Source: Archangium sp. (GTDB taxonomy: Bacteria > Myxococcota > Myxococcia > Myxococcales > Myxococcaceae). Taken from it: a DNA stretch of 45,824 nt. The stretch is from NCBI RefSeq assembly GCF_036388035.1, contig NZ_DASVSO010000473.1, positions 1 to 45,824 of the forward strand, read 5' to 3'. Positions 1-10,051 of this stretch are shown here, piece after piece. Every line of letters starts with the position of its first letter. The first letter of the stretch is position 1. Made by a program: the position numbers and the translations under genes. Below the pieces are notes generated by a model. The model was not told where the DNA came from, ran no database searches, and saw only the letters and a program-made list of their open reading frames with translations.

Positions 1-414
1 GGCAGCCACGACCCGGACCACGGGCCCTCGCCGCTCTCGGTGACCCAGGCTCCCGATGCCTCCTTCGGCCCGGGCAGCCACGCCGTCACGCTGACGGCCT
101 TCGACGGGGAGGCGAGCGCTCAGTGCGTGGGCACCGTCACCGTGGTGGACACCTCGAAGCCCACCATCACCTGCCCCCTCTCGGTGGACGTCCAGGTGGG
201 CCTGGGCTCCAACCTCGACCTGGGGGTCGCGGTGCGGTACGCCGTCTCGGCCAGGGACAACTGCGGCCCGGCGCCCGTCACCTGCTCGCACCCCTCCGGT
301 ACGCTCTTCCCGCTGGGCCTGACGCGCGTCACCTGCACCGCGAAGGACGGCTCCGGTAACACGGCCTCGTGTGACTTCGGGGTGCGGGTGAGCCTCGGCG
401 TCTCGTTGCCCTGA
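1..414 (+). CDS. HYR-domain protein, 3' part (5' end outside window)
   Basis: Frame open from base 1; DTSKPTITCP...ARDNCG...CSHPSGTLFPLGLTRVTCTAKDGSGNTASCDFGVRV is a typical HYR repeat. Confidence 0.85.
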   Translation, partial: GSHDPDHGPSPLSVTQAPDASFGPGSHAVTLTAFDGEASAQCVGTVTVVDTSKPTITCPLSVDVQVGLGSNLDLGVAVRYAVSARDNCGPAPVTCSHPSGTLFPLGLTRVTCTAKDGSGNTASCDFGVRVSLGVSLP

Positions 415-434
415 GCCCGACCCACCCGCTGTCA

Positions 435-480
435 CCGCGAGCACCCGCCTCGGAGCCCCCGCCGGGGCGGGTTCTCACGG
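435..480 (+). terminator. GC-rich hairpin after HYR gene
   Basis: ccgcgagcacccgcctcgg / ccggggcgggttctcacgg imperfect inverted repeat 20 nt after the stop; no U-tract. Confidence 0.5.
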
Positions 481-809
481 TCTGAAAATCGCTGGGAATT
501 CAGCACCTTCCCCTTCAGGTGTCCGGGGGCCAACGAGATTTGACCTCACGGCAAAGTTACCCCCTACCTGCGCGAACGCACCTGGGGTAGGGTGCACCCC
601 CGTGTCAGCTCCGACACCCTAGGTGTCGCACGGGACCCTTTCCCCCCCAAGGGTCGCCACACGAGGGAAGACGCATGGGTAACGCACTCCGCCTGCTTCC
701 GACTGCCCCCCAGCCGGTCAACTCCGTCTCCGCCCTGGCCGCACCCGTCCTGGCCACCCTCTGGGGTGACCGGATGCCCTTCGAGGACGCGGGGACACGG
801 AGCCACCCG

Positions 810-1718
810 ATGCTGAACACGTCAGAACTCTACGCGCGCATCTGCGTGAGGGACCCGTACTTCGCGCTGCGCGAGGTGACGGAGATGGGCCCGGGCGAGG
901 TGCTGGCGCGGGTGCCGGTGGAGCAGGAGCCCGGGGCGGAGGCCTCGCCCATCAACGCTGCCGAGGTGGGGCGGCACCTGGCCATCCTCGGCTCGTGCGC
1001 GGCGTCGCTGGTGAACCCCAAGGACGGGCAGCACTACTACCTGGCCCGGCGCGCGCGGCTGGAGCGGCTGCACCACGGCCCCCAGGGGCGCTTCGACGAG
1101 GACCTGTGGGGCCTGGCGCAGGCGCGCTTCACGGACAAGCGCAGCGCGCTGGCGCACATGGTGCTCGCGAGCCCCGACGGCCTGCCGCTCTTCTCGCTCG
1201 AGGTGGACTACAACGTGCTGTCCGCGCAGGCCTTCCTGCGCCTCTTCCAGGGAGCCCGGCTGGAGATGCGCCGCGAGCCCCGGGCCGAGCGCGCGCCGCG
1301 GGGCGCCATGCCGGGCGACTTCGCCGCCATGCGGCAGAACCCCCACCGCCTGCCGCTGGCGCTGCGCGACCACGTGCGCGACGGCGAGTGCCTGAAGGCC
1401 CAGCTGGGGCCGGTGAACGCCGACCACTGCAAGGGCCACTTCGCCCTGCACCCGGTGCTGCCGGTGGCGGTGGTGATGAGCGGGCTGTCTGGGCTGGCCG
1501 GCACGCTGCTGCGCCAACTGCTGGGCAACGAGCAGGCGCGCTACCTGGTGACGCGGGGCGAGGTGCGCGCCGAGAGCCTCGCCTTCGCCGGGGAGACGGT
1601 GACGTTCGGCGCCCACCGCCACGGCGTGGAGGGCTCCGACCACCGCTTCTACTGCTGGGCCTCGGTGGGCGAGCGCCTCATCGGCGTGATGGACCTGACG
1701 CTCACCCCGCTGGAGTGA
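810..1718 (+). CDS. Tandem hotdog-fold protein (FabA/FabZ- or AfsA-like), function unknown
   Basis: C-terminal half has CKGHFALHPVLP, resembling FabZ GHFPxxPxxP; ATG 810 preceded by GGAG; ORF track starts at 675. Confidence 0.6.
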   Translation: MLNTSELYARICVRDPYFALREVTEMGPGEVLARVPVEQEPGAEASPINAAEVGRHLAILGSCAASLVNPKDGQHYYLARRARLERLHHGPQGRFDEDLWGLAQARFTDKRSALAHMVLASPDGLPLFSLEVDYNVLSAQAFLRLFQGARLEMRREPRAERAPRGAMPGDFAAMRQNPHRLPLALRDHVRDGECLKAQLGPVNADHCKGHFALHPVLPVAVVMSGLSGLAGTLLRQLLGNEQARYLVTRGEVRAESLAFAGETVTFGAHRHGVEGSDHRFYCWASVGERLIGVMDLTLTPLE

Positions 1719-1721
1719 GCC

Positions 1722-2303
1722 TCACTCCCAGGAAATTTCGTAGTCCACCGAGTCGATGTTGAGCGTGTGGGCCTTCACGGTGCCCTTGAAGCCCAGCGCC
1801 TCCAGGGCGCCTTCGAAGATGCCCACATGGTAGGCGGCCGGCTGCATGTCGCCGCGGTAGGCGATGATGCAGGCCTTGGGGCCGGCGGGGCGATGCTCGC
1901 GCGTGCCGTACGTCACCACGGTGCTGAAGGCCACGCGCGTCTGGGCGAAGAGCCGCTGCGGGTCCCCCTTGCCGAGGATGCCGAAGACGACCTGGCCCGG
2001 GCCCTTGGAGAAGCGCCCCACGCAGGCCCTGCCACAGGCGTTGAACACCACGTCGGCCGGGCCCAGCTTCTCCTCCAGCACGTCCGCCGCGCTGTAGAGC
2101 AGGGTGAGGTAGTCCGCGGCCGGGTAGGTGCGCAGCTCGCTGATGTCCTTGGTCAGCGCGCCGGTGCGCACCTGCCGCAGCGCCTCCATGCCCCCCTTCT
2201 GCTCGATGAGATCGAACACCACCTTGAAGAAGAGGCCTCGGACGGCGTCGCCCGGTTTGGTGACGGCGATGCGCGCGGCGAGTTCGGTCTTGTTGGAGGG
2301 CAT
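1722..2303 (-). CDS. DUF2378 / TIGR02265 myxobacterial family protein
   Basis: DAVRGLFF, YPAADYL, YG.R and Y.ISW motifs; 193 aa. Confidence 0.85.
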   Translation of the reverse strand: MPSNKTELAARIAVTKPGDAVRGLFFKVVFDLIEQKGGMEALRQVRTGALTKDISELRTYPAADYLTLLYSAADVLEEKLGPADVVFNACGRACVGRFSKGPGQVVFGILGKGDPQRLFAQTRVAFSTVVTYGTREHRPAGPKACIIAYRGDMQPAAYHVGIFEGALEALGFKGTVKAHTLNIDSVDYEISWE

Positions 2304-2502
2304 GGTTTGGGTCCACCTGGAAGCTTAACGCCCCATTGCCGCAGGTCGAGAATTTGGGACTTCGGGTAGGAAACGCGCTCCCAACCCTCCCCGGGGGCGC
2401 GAGCGGACTTCGCTTGACTCCCCGTGCGCTGGCACGGAAAAGCCCGGGGCGAGGCGCCGGCCCGCCTCCTCTTCTTCTCCGGGCCGCCTGGGAGTCCGAC
2501 GC

Positions 2503-3480
2503 GTGAAGCTCGCCACCCTCAACGACGGAACCCGCGATGGACGGCTCATCGTCGTCAAGCGGGACAACTCCGCCTACGCGCTCGCCACCCACGTGGCCCT
2601 GACGCTCCAGGCCGCGCTCGATACGTGGGACGAGACGGAGCCCAGGCTGCGCGCGCTCGCCGAGGAGCTCGAGGCCGGCCGCGTGCGGAGCCACCCCGTC
2701 GACGTGCGCGCCCTGCTCTCGCCGCTGCCCCGCGCCTACGAGTGGGTGGATGGCAGCGCCTACCTCAACCACGTCATCCTCGTGCGCAAGGCGCGCAACG
2801 CCGAGCCCCCGCCCACGATGAAGACGGACCCGCTCGTCTACCAGGGGGGCTCCGGCACCTTCCTCGCGCCCACGCAGGACCTGCCCCTGCACGACGAGGC
2901 GTGGGGCATGGACTACGAGTCCGAGGTGGCCGTCATCCTCGGTGACGTGCCGCTGGGCACCCAGGCGAAGGACGCGGCGCCGTACGTGAAGCTGGTGATG
3001 CTCGTCAACGACGTCACCCTGCGCAACCTCATCCCCAACGAGCTGGCCAAGGGCTTCGGCTTCTTCCAGGGCAAGCCCTCCAGCGCCTTCAGCCCCTTCG
3101 CCCTCACCCCGGACGAGCTCGGCCCCGCGTGGAAGGACGGCCGCGTCCACCTGCGCCTGCGCTCCACCCTCAACGGGCAGGTGGTGGGGGACACCGACGC
3201 CGGCCCGGAGATGCACTTCTCCTTCTTCGACCTCATCCAGCACATCTCCAAGACGCGCCCCTTCACCGCCGGCACCATCCTCGGCAGCGGCACCGTCTCC
3301 AACGAGGATCGCGCCCGCGGCATCTCGTGCCTCGCCGAGCGCCGGATGATCGAGACCATCGAGACGGGCTCGCCCAAGACGCCCTTCATGAAGGTGGGGG
3401 ACACCATCGACATCGAGATGTTCGGCCCGGATGGAAGCAGCCTCTTCGGATGCATCTCCCAGAAGGTGGTGAAGCCATGA
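2503..3480 (+). CDS. Fumarylacetoacetate hydrolase family protein
   Basis: YEWVDGSAY, DYESEVAV, NDVTLRN, GTILGSGTVS; stop overlaps maiA start (ATGA). Confidence 0.9.
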   Translation: MKLATLNDGTRDGRLIVVKRDNSAYALATHVALTLQAALDTWDETEPRLRALAEELEAGRVRSHPVDVRALLSPLPRAYEWVDGSAYLNHVILVRKARNAEPPPTMKTDPLVYQGGSGTFLAPTQDLPLHDEAWGMDYESEVAVILGDVPLGTQAKDAAPYVKLVMLVNDVTLRNLIPNELAKGFGFFQGKPSSAFSPFALTPDELGPAWKDGRVHLRLRSTLNGQVVGDTDAGPEMHFSFFDLIQHISKTRPFTAGTILGSGTVSNEDRARGISCLAERRMIETIETGSPKTPFMKVGDTIDIEMFGPDGSSLFGCISQKVVKP

Positions 3481-4124
3481 AGCTCTACAGTTACTGGCGC
3501 TCGTCGTGCTCGTGGCGCGTGCGCATCGCGCTCCACCTCAAGGGCCTGTCCTACGAGTACGTGCCGGTGCACCTGGTGAAGGACGGGGGCGAGCAGCACA
3601 GCGAGGCCTACCGCGCCATCAACCCCATGCGCACCGTGCCCACGCTGGAGCTCACCGAGGGCGGCCAGGTGCGCCGCCTGTCCCAGTCGCTCGCCATCCT
3701 CGAGTACCTGGAGGAGCGTCACCCCTCGCCCGCCCTGCTGCCGGCCGACCCGTACCTCCGCGCCCGGTGCCGGATGTTGTCCGAGATGGTGAACTCGGGG
3801 ATTCAGCCGCTGCAGAACCTGGCCGTGCTGCAGCGCATCAAGGGGGAGCTCAAGGGCGACGACAAGGCGTGGTGCGCCTATTGGATTGATCGGGGGCTCG
3901 CGGCCTTCCAGACGGCCCTCCAGGAGACGGCGGGGACGTACTGCCTGGGCCGCGAGGTGTCGTTCGCGGACATCTGCCTGGTGCCCCAACTCTACGGCGC
4001 CCGGCGTTTCGGGGTAGACCTCGGGCCGTACGAGCTGCTCACCCGCATCGAGGCGGCCTGCGCCAGCCTCCCCGCCTTCCAGGCGGCCCATGCGGATCGG
4101 CAGCCCGACGCGCAGCCGGCTTGA
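3477..4124 (+). CDS. maiA: Maleylacetoacetate isomerase (zeta-class GST)
   Basis: MKLYSYWRSSCSWRVRIAL, SGIQPLQNL, ADICLVPQ. Confidence 0.93.
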   Translation: MKLYSYWRSSCSWRVRIALHLKGLSYEYVPVHLVKDGGEQHSEAYRAINPMRTVPTLELTEGGQVRRLSQSLAILEYLEERHPSPALLPADPYLRARCRMLSEMVNSGIQPLQNLAVLQRIKGELKGDDKAWCAYWIDRGLAAFQTALQETAGTYCLGREVSFADICLVPQLYGARRFGVDLGPYELLTRIEAACASLPAFQAAHADRQPDAQPA

Positions 4125-4173
4125 GTCGGTTGCGCCGCGGCACCTGAACAGGAAGCACCGAAGGAGGCGACGA

Positions 4174-5337
<1,164 letters not shown>

Positions 5338-5349
5338 TCCGCCCCCGTC

Positions 5350-6021
5350 TCAGGGGTGCAGCTTCTCGTGCCGGGCGAGCATCTCGACGAACTGGGAGAT
5401 GCGCCTGGCACGGGTCTCGGGCTTCTTCGCGGTGTGGATGCGGAACAGCACCGCGTAGCGGTTCGTCGCGTCGAGCGTGGAGAAGAACTCGGCCGCCCGG
5501 GCGTTCGCGGCGAGGGCGGCCGAGAGATCCTCGGGCACGGTCGCGCGGCTCGGTGAGTCGTAGGCCGCCTCCCAGCGTCCGTCCTGCTTCGCGCGCTCGA
5601 CCTGCTCCAGCCCTGGCGGCTTCATCTCGCCCGAGGCGATGAGCGCCAGGGCCTTCTCGCGGTTGATCTTGGACCAGATGCTCCTGGCGCCGCGCGGCGT
5701 GAACTTCTGGAGCCACGCCGTGTCGTCGTGGCTCCTCTTCTGTCCGTCGATCCACCCCCACGCGAGCGCCACCTCGAGCGCCTGCGCGTAGTTGATCGAC
5801 TCGATGCCAGACGCCTTCTTGGCGAGCTTCAGCCACACGCCGCGCGACGACGCGTGGTTCGAGGCCAGCCACGTGGACCACGCGCGCGGCTGCGCGAAGG
5901 AGATGATCGGTAGCTCCCCCACGGGCGCTGGCTTCACCTTCGGCGTCTTCGCCTTCGCTGTCTTCGCTGTCGGCGTCTTCGCCTTGGGCGTCTTCGTCAC
6001 GGCCTTCTTCGCGGGGCTCAT
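5350..6021 (-). CDS. YdeI/OmpD-associated family protein with Lys/Ala/Thr/Pro-rich N-terminus
   Basis: WGWIDGQ, FTPRGARSIWSKIN, VPEDL, AKKPETRARRI. Confidence 0.88.
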   Translation of the reverse strand: MSPAKKAVTKTPKAKTPTAKTAKAKTPKVKPAPVGELPIISFAQPRAWSTWLASNHASSRGVWLKLAKKASGIESINYAQALEVALAWGWIDGQKRSHDDTAWLQKFTPRGARSIWSKINREKALALIASGEMKPPGLEQVERAKQDGRWEAAYDSPSRATVPEDLSAALAANARAAEFFSTLDATNRYAVLFRIHTAKKPETRARRISQFVEMLARHEKLHP

Positions 6022-6053
6022 CGGGTCCTCATTCGGTGCGGGCGCTTCAGGGC

Positions 6054-6824
6054 TCACTCGCGGAAGTTGGAGCCACCATCGACGTTCCAGATCTGCCCGT
6101 TCACCCACGAGCTGTCATCGGAGAGCAGGAAGCAGATGGCGTTCGCGAGATCCTCGGGGCGACCGAGTCGGTTCAGGGTGGTGTTGGCGCGCAGCCGGGT
6201 CTTGAACTCCTCGCTCATCGTGCGCAGCGCGGTCTCGCTCATGACGGCGCCGGGCGTGACCCCATTGCACCGGATGTTCTCCGGCCCCCAGCGTCGGGCG
6301 ACGTGGCGGGTGAGGGCGTTGATGCCGGCCTTGGAGGCGGCGTAGGCCGGCCGGGTCGCCTCGCCGACGAAGGCCGCGCCCGACGAGGTGTTCACGATGG
6401 CGCCGCCGCCGCTCTTCTGGAGGTGGGGGAGGACGGCGCGGCAGGTGTGGGCGTAGCCGGTGAGGTTCACGCGGAAGGTCCGCTCCCAGACGGCGGTGTC
6501 CATCTCGAGCAGGTCCCGGTCCCGGCCGATGGTCTCGGGGGAGAGGTCGGCTCCGATGTTGGCCAGTCCGTCCACGCCACCGAAGGCGTCCACCGCGAGC
6601 TGTACCAGGTCGCGCACCGAGGCCTCGTCCGCCAGGTCGAATCGGGCCGCCTTCGCCTCGCCCCCCGCCGCGGCGATGCGTCTGACGGTGGCCTCGGCCC
6701 CCTCCAGGTTGATGTCCCCGACGAGCACGCGTGCGCCCTCGGCGGCCAGCCGCTCGGCCGTCGCGGCGCCGATGCCCGTCGCGCCACCAGCGATGATGAT
6801 CCTCTTGCCTTTCAGTCCTCGCAT
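6054..6824 (-). CDS. Short-chain dehydrogenase/reductase
   Basis: GGATGIG, NTSS, YAASK, VNGQIWNVDGG. Confidence 0.92.
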   Translation of the reverse strand: MRGLKGKRIIIAGGATGIGAATAERLAAEGARVLVGDINLEGAEATVRRIAAAGGEAKAARFDLADEASVRDLVQLAVDAFGGVDGLANIGADLSPETIGRDRDLLEMDTAVWERTFRVNLTGYAHTCRAVLPHLQKSGGGAIVNTSSGAAFVGEATRPAYAASKAGINALTRHVARRWGPENIRCNGVTPGAVMSETALRTMSEEFKTRLRANTTLNRLGRPEDLANAICFLLSDDSSWVNGQIWNVDGGSNFRE

Positions 6825-6875
6825 CGCTTCCTTCCCTCCCGTCCCCTTGGGGGACTCCTCAAACGGATACCCACC

Positions 6876-7571
6876 TCAGTTCCACTCTTCCGCGGGAGCG
6901 CAGAGCTGCTGACGCAGCTGCGCCACCGGCGTCTCCCAGTGCGACTCCCACGGGAAGCTGGCGAAGTGCCGGGACCTGCCGCCGCGCCGGAACGCGGCCC
7001 ACAGCCGCCGCCTGTACTCGCCCGCGTCGAACTGGGGCACGCGCTTGTGAAGGTCCCGCGACGAGAAGAGGAGGATGAGCACCGCGGTGGGGAGGTGGAG
7101 GTTGCCCAGGATGAACGCCTGGAGCTCCATCTCGCCCACGACGTCGGTCTTGTAGCCCGTCACCACGTGGAAGAGGTCATGCGTCTCGCGCACACGCTTG
7201 CCGATGTACTGGAGGTCGGTGGTCACCGGCTGGGTGGTCGGGAACGGTTGGATGTTGTTGTCCTGGAAGTAGCGCATGAGCTCGCGGCCGAGCGTTCCCG
7301 ACGGCAGCTTCTCCAGCGCCTCCAGGTCCAGGTCTCCCGCCCGCAGTGAAGGCCGCTCGGAGAGGAGCCGACGCCCCTCTTCACTCCGGGAGAACGTGCG
7401 GACCAGCGACTTGTAGACATCGATATCCAGGCACTCGTTGAACAGGGGGCCGTAGACCGGGTCCGAGGCGTCGCGCTTCAGGACCTCCAGGGCCTGCCAG
7501 GCCGTGCGCAGGCGCGTGAGCAGCGAGGCGTTCTCGGGCAGGGAGGGAGGCGGGGGGACAACGTCGGACAT
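6876..7571 (-). CDS. Coq4 family protein
   Basis: [31 protein letters not shown] (HDxxH...E metal motif). Confidence 0.85.
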   Translation of the reverse strand: MSDVVPPPPSLPENASLLTRLRTAWQALEVLKRDASDPVYGPLFNECLDIDVYKSLVRTFSRSEEGRRLLSERPSLRAGDLDLEALEKLPSGTLGRELMRYFQDNNIQPFPTTQPVTTDLQYIGKRVRETHDLFHVVTGYKTDVVGEMELQAFILGNLHLPTAVLILLFSSRDLHKRVPQFDAGEYRRRLWAAFRRGGRSRHFASFPWESHWETPVAQLRQQLCAPAEEWN

Positions 7572-7713
7572 GGAGGCTCCAGATGAAAGGTCGGAGGTGC
7601 AATCAGATCATCTCCTGCTTTCGCTGCCTCGCGAAGGGGGGCGACAAACGCGCTGCGGGGGGGAGGCGGCTCCGGTTAGGGTTGCCGACAGCCCAGTGAC
7701 ACCAGGAGAGCGG

Positions 7714-8610
7714 ATGACGACGATCAACGCGGCGGCGAGCGGCACCTTCCGGATTGGCGGCGACCTCGAGGTGAACCGGCTCGGGTTCGGTGCGATGCGC
7801 ATCACCGGCAACGGCATCTGGGGGGACCCGGAAGATCCGAAGGAGGCACGACGGACCGTGGCGCGCGTTCCCGAGCTGGGGCTCAACTTCATCGATACCG
7901 CCGACAGCTATGGTCCCGCCACCAGCGAGGAGATCCTCGCGGAGGTCCTCGCGCCGTACAAGCGCGGCCTGGTCATCGCCACCAAGGGGGGGTTGACCCG
8001 GCACGGGCCCAACCTCTGGCTCCCCGTCGGTCGGCCCGAGTACCTCAAGCAGTGCGTGCTGATGAGCCTCCGGCGCCTCAAGCTGGAGCGGCTCGAGCTC
8101 TGGCAGCTCCATCGCATCGACGCGAAGGTGCCGCGCGACGAGCAGTTCGGGGCCATCGCGGAGCTGCAGCGCGCAGGGCTGATCCGCCACGTCGGGTTGA
8201 GCGAGGTCTCCGTCGAGGACATCCAGGCCGCGAGCCGGTTCTTCAAGGTCGCGACGGTGCAGAACCTCTACAACCTCGTGAGCCGCCAGAGCGAGGCGGT
8301 GCTCGACCACTGCGAGAAGCACGGCATCGGCTTCATTCCCTGGTACCCGCTCGCCGGGGGTCCGCTGGCCAAGGAGGGCGGGGTGCTCGACACCATCGCC
8401 AAGAAGGTCGGTGCCACGCCCTCGCAGGTCGCGCTCGCGTGGGTGCTGAAGCGCTCGCCCGTCATGCTGCCGATTCCGGGGACCGGGAAGGTGAAGCACC
8501 TCGAGGAGAACACCGCGGCGGCCACCGTGAAGCTGAGCGACGAGGACTTCCGCGCCCTCGACGCCCAGGGCCAGGAGGCCTGGCGCGCGCAACAGGCCTC
8601 GCGGCGCTGA
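7714..8610 (+). CDS. Aldo/keto reductase
   Basis: [38 protein letters not shown] before ATG 7714. Confidence 0.93.
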   Translation: MTTINAAASGTFRIGGDLEVNRLGFGAMRITGNGIWGDPEDPKEARRTVARVPELGLNFIDTADSYGPATSEEILAEVLAPYKRGLVIATKGGLTRHGPNLWLPVGRPEYLKQCVLMSLRRLKLERLELWQLHRIDAKVPRDEQFGAIAELQRAGLIRHVGLSEVSVEDIQAASRFFKVATVQNLYNLVSRQSEAVLDHCEKHGIGFIPWYPLAGGPLAKEGGVLDTIAKKVGATPSQVALAWVLKRSPVMLPIPGTGKVKHLEENTAAATVKLSDEDFRALDAQGQEAWRAQQASRR

Positions 8611-8618
8611 GCCCGTCC

Positions 8619-9686
8619 TCAGCCCAGGGGCAGGGCCGCCACGGTGGCCTCGGCCGGGCCTTCGCCCACCGCCAGCACCGTCCCCGGCTCCAGATGGTCC
8701 CGGTGCACGTACCCCAGCGCCACCACCTGCCCCTGGCGCGGCGAGCGCACCACGGTGGTCAACCAACCCACCTTCTTGCCGTCCTTCTTCAGCTCGGTGC
8801 CGGGCGTCGCCTCGGTGGCGCCGAGCAGCAGGCCCGTCAGTTTGCGGTTCATGTGCCCCCGGAAGGTGGCCCGCGCGATGACCTCCTGGCCGATGTAGCA
8901 CCCCTTGTTGTACGAGATGGCGTGCGTGAGGTTCGCCTCCAGGGGGATGGTGGTCTCCACCATGTCCTGCCCGAAGCGCGGCACGCCCGCCTCCACCCGC
9001 AGCACCTCCAGGGCCCGCCAGCCCAGCGGCCTGAGCCCGAAGGCCGGACCCGCCGCCACCAGCGCCTTCCACACCGCCTCCAGCCCGCCGTGAGGCACCA
9101 GCAGGTCCACCCCATGCGGCTCCACCCGGGTGGAGCCCACCAGCAGCACCTCCTGGCCCGCCAGGGGGGCGGCCCGGGTGGCGTCCTGGGGCAGGGGAGC
9201 GAACGGGCCTCCCAGCGCGGCGCCCAGCAGGTCGGCCGTCCGGGGTCCCAGCAGCCGGAGCACCCCCAGCTCGCCCGAGGCGTCGTGCAGCTCCGCGTCC
9301 TCGGAGATGAGGAATTTCTCCAGGAACTCCCGGACCTTGGCGCCCATCCCGGGCTCCACGTCCAGGAGGAGGTCCGCCTCGCGCCGCAGGATGCGGGCGT
9401 CCGCCACCATGGCGCCCTTCACGGTGATCATCGCCGCGTAGGTGGCCGCCCCGGCCGCCAGCCCCTTCACTTCCTGGGTCACCATCCCGTGCAGGAAGCT
9501 TGCGCGGTCCTCCCCGGTTATCCGCAGCGCTTCACGATAGGTGGCATCATGGAGGGCCACCGCTTCCCGGGCGGCCCGGTATTCCGACTCTCCATCCCCG
9601 TAATCGGTCGCCACTTCCCGGCCGTTGACATCCAGGAAGCGGGCGCCTGCCTGCTCATGAAGAAAATGCAGAGACAGCGGTTCCAT
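8619..9686 (-). CDS. ygfZ: YgfZ/GcvT-family folate-binding protein
   Basis: KGCYIGQE signature; G.DRASFLHGMVT. Confidence 0.88.
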   Translation of the reverse strand: MEPLSLHFLHEQAGARFLDVNGREVATDYGDGESEYRAAREAVALHDATYREALRITGEDRASFLHGMVTQEVKGLAAGAATYAAMITVKGAMVADARILRREADLLLDVEPGMGAKVREFLEKFLISEDAELHDASGELGVLRLLGPRTADLLGAALGGPFAPLPQDATRAAPLAGQEVLLVGSTRVEPHGVDLLVPHGGLEAVWKALVAAGPAFGLRPLGWRALEVLRVEAGVPRFGQDMVETTIPLEANLTHAISYNKGCYIGQEVIARATFRGHMNRKLTGLLLGATEATPGTELKKDGKKVGWLTTVVRSPRQGQVVALGYVHRDHLEPGTVLAVGEGPAEATVAALPLG

Positions 9687-9724
9687 GTCCGTCGCTATAT
9701 AGAGGCCCTGGAGTGAATGCCACG

Positions 9725-10051
9725 ATGGATGTGAGACACCTGTCGGACTTCCTGGGTTTCTCGGCCGAGAAGCTCCAGAAGCACAACCTCTTCCAATCCG
9801 AGCGCTTCTTCCTGGACGTGTACTGCCTGACTCCCGGCCAGACCCAGAAGCCCCACCGGCACGCCACCTCGGACAAGGTGTACCTCGTCCTCGAGGGGAG
9901 CTGCCGCTTTCGCATCGGCACCGACGAGGCCTCCCATGGCCCCGGGGCCGCCCTCTTCGCACCCGCGGGCGTCGAGCACGGCGTCACCAATGATGGCCCC
10001 GACAACGCCCGCCTCCTCGTTTTGATGACCCCTCCTCCGGAGCACGCATGA
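9725..10051 (+). CDS. Cupin domain protein
   Basis: PHRH...YLVLEG...PAGVEHG; alternative GTG start at 9713. Confidence 0.88.
   Translation: MDVRHLSDFLGFSAEKLQKHNLFQSERFFLDVYCLTPGQTQKPHRHATSDKVYLVLEGSCRFRIGTDEASHGPGAALFAPAGVEHGVTNDGPDNARLLVLMTPPPEHA

Noticed and set aside
2430..2445. sigma54 promoter TGGCACGGAAAAGC before the FAA hydrolase gene
   Set aside because: GG to GC spacing is 9, not 10
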